Source: a virus
Virus record (IMG/VR): IMGVR_UViG_3300032287_001952
Coordinates: 4,261-68,260 of that record
Length of the DNA: 64,000 bases
Strand: one strand, 5' to 3'
Shown here: piece after piece, positions 36,701 through 45,700 of the stretch
How the letters are laid out: each line of letters starts with the position of its first letter
How positions within the stretch are numbered: the stretch's first letter is position 1
Made by a program: the position numbers and the translations under genes
Notes under the pieces: model-generated
Seen by the model: the letters and a program-made list of their open reading frames with translations, nothing else
Databases searched by the model: none
Told to the model about the DNA's origin: nothing

Positions 36701-39700
36701 TTGCTATCAATGACGAGTCAGTAAAGAAGTGGCTGATGAAAGCCGCAGATCGTGCTGGACGAGACGCCGCAAGACGCCAATCCGCACAGAGAGAAATCAA
36801 TATCGAGTTTGGTGGCAAGCCAGCCGAAGGAGTTGTTACTCAACCTGAAGCCGCCAAGGAAGAGGCCAAGCCAGAGGGTATGCAAGTCAAAGAGGTTGCT
36901 CCAGAAGTCAAGGAAGAGCCCCGTGGAATTCGAGCAATTCGAGAAGCCGCTCAAGCTATTCGGGAACAGAGCAGCCCAGAAGCAAAGCTTGTTTTGGATT
37001 GGATCGTGTCTCAGTTGGTTGGGGAAGACTCGGCGTTGGGCAAGATCAAGACCTACAAGGAACTCGCAACCTATCTGTCCAAGGTCGCTAAACGGACGAT
37101 CAGCGACAAACGAGTTGGGTTGACTGTAAACGATGTTGTTAAGAAGCTGGCTGACAATCTTTCGGAGATCGGAATTAAGGTAAACGTAGAAGCCCTTGAG
37201 ATGGCACTTAGCCCCGAGGGTCAGAAAGCCAAGGAACGTCTTGCGGCTGAGGAAGCCAAGGCGAAAGCCTCTCGTGACGAGAGAGTGGCTAAGGCGAACC
37301 TATCCGATCGCGCTAGAAATCTTCGTTCTGGTTATGCAGTAAAAGAGAGGCTTGTGGATGCGGTTGCATCAGCAACCCCAGAAAACAGAGCGAGAATTCA
37401 AAACGAAGTCATATCGTTGGCAGAAGAAGATCTTCTAGCCGATGACGACATCAACAACAGACTCGATAACATCGAGAAAGGATTACCGAATGAAAAGCCA
37501 GCAATTGGACAACCTGTTTCCCGGCGTAGACGCCGAGGCGTTAAACAAGCTAAAGAAGGCGAAGTTCTCGGCGGAACTGGAGAAGGCGTCGAAGGTGCAC
37601 GGGGGACTACCGGCCCTGTCGCAACTGCTGAAGGACAACCCCAACCTGGGGCACGAGGAGCTGAACCAGTCAGTCCACGACCTAGCGGAGCTGGACAGCA
37701 AGTGGGCGGAAAACAGCAAACAACTACGAGAAATGTTTCCGTTGACGTAAAGTTATCTGAAAACAATAGAAGCCCTGCGGTAAAGACTTTGGTCGAAACT
37801 GCCACTTCAAACGGAGTTCCAGTCACATTACAAGATTCTCCAGAAAGTGGATCGGCTGTTGGTGTAGACACCAATCAAGTCGAAGGACAAGAAGTACCGA
37901 TCATCCGAGTTAACCAGAACAAGCTTAAAGAAGTTCGTCGAACACTTGGGCCAAAGGCTTTTGCCGAATGGTCTTGGAGAGCTATCAACCAAGAGATTAT
38001 CCACTTTAGGCATCTCAAGCTTCTTGAGCGTCTGGCCAAAGAGGAAGGTACTGATTACAAGAGCTACCTCAAGAAAGAAGCCAAGAGGATCGTACAGATC
38101 ATCAAGAGGCAGCGTGGTCTTCGCAAGAGGATCGAGGCTATCTACAACAACGGCGAGAAGATGGATGACTTCAACCTTGCGTTCGAGTTCACCCGAATGC
38201 TTGTCGAAGAGAAGATGATGGGCGGAATTACAGAGTCCTCCTATATGGACATCGCCAAGGTTCTTAACTCTGTGGATGCCGAAGGTCGAGGATTTATCTT
38301 TAGGTTTATGGAGCTTGTTCGGGATTTGATGTACGGATTGACTGGGCGTACCGCAGCGGAGACCAAGTTCCTTCGTGCAACGGCTGACGCTATCATCAGC
38401 GAGCAACGCAAAGTTATGCGGGACTTATACAACCCGACTGAAAAACTCCCCGTACAAGTAAATTTCTATACACCAAAGGAAAAGGTTATCGTTGGTTCAG
38501 CCGCTGACCGCAAAGCGTCTGAAGAGGAGATCAAACAAGATAGTGGCTTGAACCGAGCCAGTATGGCTTTCCTACGTGAATACGCCAGAGAGCTCGGAAT
38601 CAAGGAGCCTATGGGTCAGCGGAAGATGGAGGTTCGTGACGAAAAGACTGGTAAGATTTCAATTAAGAAACTCTCGTTCCCAGTTTGGAAGAAGCCCGAC
38701 TACGCAAAGGCGATCAAAGAGAAGCTCAAGGAACTCGGTAAGAAGCCAAAGGAACTTGGTGCCGCAATGCCTATGCGGTTCAAGACCGAGTATGCCTTCC
38801 AGCAGATCGATCGATCATTTGGGGCTAAGAGGGGAATCTTCAAGGGTCTGACTGTCGATAACAACGATACGCTTCCCTGGGAGAATCTGAAAGCGAAGAT
38901 CCTTAAGGGGACGAGTAAGGCTGAAGCCAATTGGGTTCTTCCGACAATGGAAGCTCTTGTCCGAAACGGACGTGTCAACGTTGATATGGCTGTTGAGGCG
39001 ATGCAAGCTTTGGCGAAAAACAAGATAACCGTAAAAAAACTTAGTGAAGAAACAACAGCTATTCAAAATCAACCAAAAGAAATTCAAGCTTTCATTAGGC
39101 TAGAAGAAGCTAAGAACCAAATTAGGCATGAAGCTGAATCGCAATTTACAGACGTAGAAGAAGCTATCAGAATTGCTGGAAGTTTACTGTATTTAGATAC
39201 CTACGACATATTTTCTAAAAATAAATTGCTAATGGATGATTACCGCTATCGCCAAACAAAGCTTGAAATAGAGGAAACACTTAAAAATGGTCTAAATAAT
39301 ACTTCTTTTGACGAACGAGAAATAAAAAAGCTTGGGGATAAGTTAGCAAACGTCTACGCATCTTTTGCAAAAGATCTTTATAATTTGGATAGTAGAGATT
39401 ATCTTTCATCGTTTGGGTTTGGGAGATCACAAATAGAGGCTGTGGATCAGGCATTTTCTATCGTAAGCAATCTTAAAAATGCAGACGAGCAACAGAAAGT
39501 TTTTGCAAGAATAGGTTTCTATATAGCAAGATCGGGAGGGATAGAGGTATCTGACTTGGGATTAGACCAAAGAGCATCCGCAAGATATAAATTTGTGAAC
39601 CCAAAGCCTTTTTCGGAAATGGAGGATGTGCGGGAAATTTTGGTTAAGACCCCAATTGGTGCTGTAGCTAAAGCAAAATCACACTTCGAAGATAAAGATG

Positions 39701-42700
39701 TTGTTGGTTTTGGGAGAATGTACACAACAAAACAAGGTGATAAAACTGTAACATTTTTATTCGAGGCACAAACGGATGCGTCAACGTCACCCTTAAACGA
39801 GATGGCAGACGAAAACCATCCAATGACCGCTCTGGATTATACCCCGGTATTTGAAGCAGAACTTGAAGACTTGAAAAACGCTTTGCAAGAAATCGTCGGA
39901 GAAAAACGACCTATCTATATGGACGAGGTTGGGAATCTTGCGTACAACGGAAATTTCAAGTCAATCACACCAACCTCAGTTACATCGAAATACACAATTG
40001 CTAGACATAAAGAAGGTAATCTTTACGAAGTTAATGGGGATCTAGGTTTTCATATTCTCGAAAAGTCTAGAACAGATAAAAATTTGGCAAATAGGGTAAG
40101 GCCATATTTAAAAGATAGCCAAACAGCTTCCATGATTGAGTGGGATAGGATGTTAACAGAAGCCGCTCCTCTGATAAGTGCATACGAATCACTCGTATTA
40201 AAGAACGCTATTGCGGATGCCATATCTAAAAATCACGATGCTATTGCAATTACCGACGATGGAACGGCAGCAATGACAGAGGGTCATCCGCAAATAAATG
40301 ACGGCATGCGGGCTCACTATGGGGTTCGAAATGGGAGTCTTCATAACTTAGCTAAAAAGCTTACTGGAGATACTGGAACTCCATTTAATGACGGATCTTC
40401 GATTTATGTGTATGAGCAGGAACAAGCCGATAAACTCGAAACACCATTCGAAGTTTACAGATTCCCGAAGAAAGAGGTAACTGGGGTATCCTATAGCCTG
40501 GATAAAGTGAAGGCTCTCGGGGATGCAAGCGATGTTTACAATATCCTCGGAGCCGCATTGCCAACCGATCGGCCTTACTGGCTGAAAGATGACGGAGAGG
40601 TTCTTGATGTCGAAGAGAATGCTCTCGTCGATATGAACTCAATCGGTAGCCACTCCGAAGCCGCAGTTCAGTTCCTCCAGGAGAACGATCCAGAGAACCC
40701 TTTCTTGATGGAGTGGTCTCTTTTAGATCCGTTAGAAAAGAAGGATCGTCAGCAGTTGCCAGTCCAAGAGATGTTCAACAGAGGTTGGCTCCGTGTTATC
40801 GGTGACGGGTTTAACTTGTTCTTTGAGGGCAATCCGAACAAGACCCAGTTAGACAAGCTGTTCGAGGCCGCAATCGAGGATGAGGTTAAGCTGATTCACG
40901 ACAAGACCGGATTGTCGGGTAGGCCAAAATCTAATCTACTATATGAGCCACCGCTCGAGGACGAACTTAACGCCGCAATGCCTCGTCGGGGCTTCTCTTC
41001 TAGTGAGCCTAGATTCAGTAAGTCTTGGAAAGCTCTTCCAGATTCCGTAGCTGGTTTGACTGAAGTATACAAAATGAAGCGTGGAACTAACGATGTCCGC
41101 CTATACCGAGATGAGATGGGCGATACATTCGTAGTCAAGCGTGGGCAATCGCAGGAGCAATTTGAAAATGAAGTAGCCGCCGACAATGTTTATCGAATTC
41201 TAAACTACCCAGTGCCCCCTTCGAGGCTGATCACAGATGAGAATGGTGAAACAGCCAAGATCGCCAATTACGTGGCTGGTCCGATACTCGCAGATTTCCA
41301 AGAGAATATGGAAGAAGCAGACCCAGATGCTGTTAAAACAGTGTTTGAGGAACTTGGTGATGGGCTTTTGATTGACGCCTTCTTGTTTAACTATGACGTC
41401 CTAGGGGAAGGTCTGGACAACATTGTTGTCGCTCACGAAGAAATTACAGAAGAAGACGGGCTGGCATTCCCAGAGCCGTTGATCAAATACACGGCATACA
41501 GAATCGATAATGGCGGAACTCTGGACACTCGGGCAATGGGTCTCAAGAGAGACGAACCATTCTTCTACGACTCGTTCTCTAGGCTGGCCGACAAATACCC
41601 GCAGTTTAATCTCACAGCCACGGATCTTGTGGCACAGCTTTCCGATATCATACTCAACAGCGATGCTATTCTAAATGCAATCCCAGCCAGACTACGACCT
41701 ATGATGGCTCAAAGGATCCAATGGATGGCAGATCAGCTAAGTGCGGTGGACACAATCCCTTCAGCAATCGGGTACTCTGACGAGGAGGTCACAGCACATT
41801 TCGCCAAATTGGCTAAGGAGATGGACTCCATTAAGGTTGTTCGGAACGCTCAAGGAGAGCTGATAAACGAAAAGACTGGTGAGCCTTCTAGGATTTATCT
41901 AATCGACACAAACGGAAAAACAATTGGCTTTATCCCGAAGTCCGAATTTAGGTACAAGCTGGAGAGAACTAAAGCTTTCAAGATGTGGTTTGGGGATTGG
42001 GAGAATGCACCAGAAGCTTTGGGGACAAGCAAGATGCTTGATGAGGCTGGTGAGCCCATGATGATGTATCACGGGACAAACTGGACTACGAAAGAGTCGA
42101 TGTACATGTTTAAGGACGACATCGATAAAGAAACACAAGGGTTGAATCTATACCGCAGACGTTTCTCGCAAGGCAACCTATTCCGAGGAACCTGGACTTC
42201 AACAAGCCGTAAGTTCTCCGAGGACTGGGCAAACGAAACCTCGGCTGGGGAATACGCTCAACAGGTTGTCATACCAGTATACGTAAAGAGCACAAACCCA
42301 TTTGACCCACGTAACTCAGATCACAACGCCAAGTTGGTAAACTACCTTGAAGAGAAGTACTCTGCTGATTCTGGGGTCAACGCCTTTATCCCGACTCGTG
42401 ATATGCGTGTGGCTATGGAGTTCGGATTCTACGACTGGTCTTACTTTGAAACGACTCGCCCAGAGTACCCATCCATGGGTTCAGACTTTGAAGAGATGGA
42501 AGAAGACTCTCGTCGTAAAGAGTTCTTTGCGAAACATCCATATCCAGTTCTTGAAGCAATTATTAATCTTGGGTTCGACGGACTATGGGTTAGGGAAAAA
42601 GGTCTTGGGTATTCTGGGTCTCTCGAAAGTGGCCCAAAGAATTTAGTTCAAGAACTGGAGATCATTCGTAGGAGTGATGACAAGAGCACGGAGAAACAGA

Positions 42701-45700
42701 CGATCCAAAATTTGAAAGAAGATGTCATCGCTTACAATAACAACTCGGTCTGGAATCATTTGTCCTTCCGATCTGACGGCATCAAGTCATCGGCTAATAC
42801 GGGTAAGTTTAAGGCTGATAAACGTAAAAAGTTCAAGCCTTACCAGGAAGCCAAACGTTTTGTAAACTTAGTAACCCGTAATGGTAAGACCCTCTGGAAC
42901 GAGTTCCAGAAGGGTGGTAAGACATTTGCTTCCTACGACTCAGCAGAGAACCTAGTAACTTACGCCTACTCAGATCCGAGTACTCTGGCAAAGGCTGGAA
43001 TCGAGAAGACTGAGATGAAGAACGGGGTTGTGTTCTTTAGTGCTCGGTCGGTTGAGGGTGTGCGTAGCCCAGACCGCAAGCCTACCGATATTCTCGGAGC
43101 CGCGATGCCCCGCCAGTTTGGAGTTCGTATTAGGGATAAGATGCAGGCCGATGCTTACGAGAGGCTTAAGAACTTAACTTACGAGCCGATCCCGGATAGT
43201 ATGGTTCAAGAAGAAGCCGAAGCGTATCTAGAGAAACACGGAATCCGTGGTGCTATGGATGCTACAATTTCCAAGTCTAGTCCGCTCGAGCACGGATCTC
43301 GTGAGCTGTTGGCTCAGATGATTATCCTAAAACTTAACGAGCAGTATAGGAAGACCAAGGACGCAAGAGTTCTAGAAGAGCTGATCGACTACACCGATAC
43401 ATTCTTATCGATCACTTCTGAAGCTGGACGTGCTCTTAGGCAGTTATCTTTCTGGGACAAGCTGTCACCCGAGGGGATGTTGATGCTCTACAAGAAGAAG
43501 CTGGATGAATCAAATCGTGAGACCCGTGACCGATTCAATGAATTTTTTGCGAAGGTAAAGCGTGAGCTATCGACGTTGCCAGCTGGAGCACTGGATCAAG
43601 CCTTGAAGAGTATGGAAGGTTTGCTGGGTAAAGCCGATAAAGCCGCAGAAGAATCTCGTAAGAAGCTTGCTACCAGCAACACTATGACCTTCTGGGAAAA
43701 CTTCTCAAAGCAGATTGGCGATAGCCTTGTCCAGAAATCTCGAGAGCAACTCGATATCGCTGAGGAAGAGCTTGCCCGTACCGCTGGTGGAGAGGCGACG
43801 CCCGAGGGTGAATTGGCTAAGAATAAGGTCAACAACGCAAAGACGATCAACCAGGCAGCTCAAGAAATGAGCCGCAATATCAAGCAGATGTTCCTAGCTC
43901 TTGCCAAAGAACAAGGTAAGAACATTCGCGATCCTCGGGTTATCACGGACGAAGAGTTCGCCAATAAGACAGACGAAGAGATTGCGAAGATTCAGCAAGC
44001 GGAGCGGGACTCTAAGCAAGCACAGAAGTTTACTGATATGTTGGCGAGATGGCCGAAAGCCTTGCAAGCTTGGCAAACGGCGACAGCTGCGATTCGTGCT
44101 CAGACATCCGTCAATCCAGAATTGGCTACTATGTTCCAGAGTTTTCTAGACCTCACTCTTGAGACTCCTTTTACGATGCCACAACTCAAACGATTCTTGT
44201 CTCTGAGAGGCGTTAAACTAGAAGACCTAATTCGTGAGCATTACCAAGAAGGGAAGTTGGCTCAAAACGCATACGATGTAGCAAGAGAGATGGTCGAAAA
44301 AGCGGGTCTTGGGGCATGGGAAGAAGAAATTGGGGTGGACGTAAAAGAGGGCGATAAGTTTTTTGAATACGAAAAGCGTGAAGAGGATATGGCTAAAGAA
44401 GAGCCATCTAAGCGTGCACCAACCAAATCAATGTCTGAGCGTCTTACGCAAGCCCTTGCGTCTCAAATTGAGAAATATGCAGAAGCGGAGACAGAAAAGA
44501 AGCTTAACCGATTGATTGATTCTTACGCTGACAAACGTCTTGAACCATCTCTCAAACGCTTTATGAAGCGTATGGTTCAGTACCAAGCTTTGGGTTTATT
44601 CAGCAACTCCTATGCCTGGAACGAGTTCCAGAAACAAGAAGGACTGGATAAAGTAAAGCCAGAGGTTGTGAATCAGATCCTCGATATTATGGGGAAAGCC
44701 CAGAAGCTTACCGGGTTTAGGAAAGAAGAGGCATACGCCGATGCCCTTTCACTTATCTCTTACCACACGAACACGGGCGTTTGGAACTTCACCAAGTCTT
44801 GGTGGTACTTGAGCATATTGTCGGGCTTCACTACTCAGGTCGCCAATATTGCGGGCAATGCCTACAACACGATGCTGTTGACTATCCCAACAATTGGTAA
44901 GCATCTTGTCGCTGTAACTGTTAACCCAGAGCGGAGTAAGGCAATCGTTAAACAAATGTTTAGGGCAATGTCTCTGTCGCTACAGGATTTTGGATACTTG
45001 CTCACGACTGGTAGGGTTGGAACTCGCAAATCAGATAACCCCTTCTTCTCGCGGGCAAGCACAGATTACTTCGAAGTTATTGCGAAGAATACCCCGTATC
45101 GAGCCGCAAGGATTTCTGCTACCACAGCCGCTATGGTGCGTAGAGTTATGTCGGCAGTTGATATGATGTTTTACAACTTTAACAAAGAAGTTTACCTATT
45201 TGATTCGGCATACAATGCCGCAAAGAAATCTGGGCTGAAGGGGTCCGAGGCTACAGCTAAAGCTCTTGAGGTAACTTTCCGAAGTTCGCAGGCGTTGCAA
45301 AACGCTCTCAACTTAGCTATAGGGGAAGGTTATGTGGTCGAAGGAGAACCTCTCGGGTTCTATAAAGCCTTAACCAAAATAGAATCCCCGAAGGCCAAAC
45401 TTGAACGGGCAAAACAAAAAATAGAGCAATCGATTCGTATCCAAGAGATCATCGACGCAAACGTTACTGGGTCTGCGGAGAGTTCAAGGGTTGCTATTGG
45501 GGCGCAAGTATACGGAGAAGAGCTTACGTATAACGAGGAGCCCAAGGGTTTCTTGGGTGCTGTGCATAGGTCTATCTCTGCCCTTTCGGTTAAGTATGGT
45601 TTGGTATCTGTGCCGATCCCTTTCACAAAGATCGTAGCAAACGTATGGAACCAAGGTCTCGACGCTGCTGGTCTCGGGATTTTTAGGTCTGGGAAGTTAG

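Noticed and set aside
36752-37123. Other same-strand alternative-frame ORFs in the giant gene (also 37946, 38576, 42347)
   Set aside because: No clear RBS, S/R/K-biased shadow sequence, and the main frame largely keeps folded-domain character, unlike at 37490
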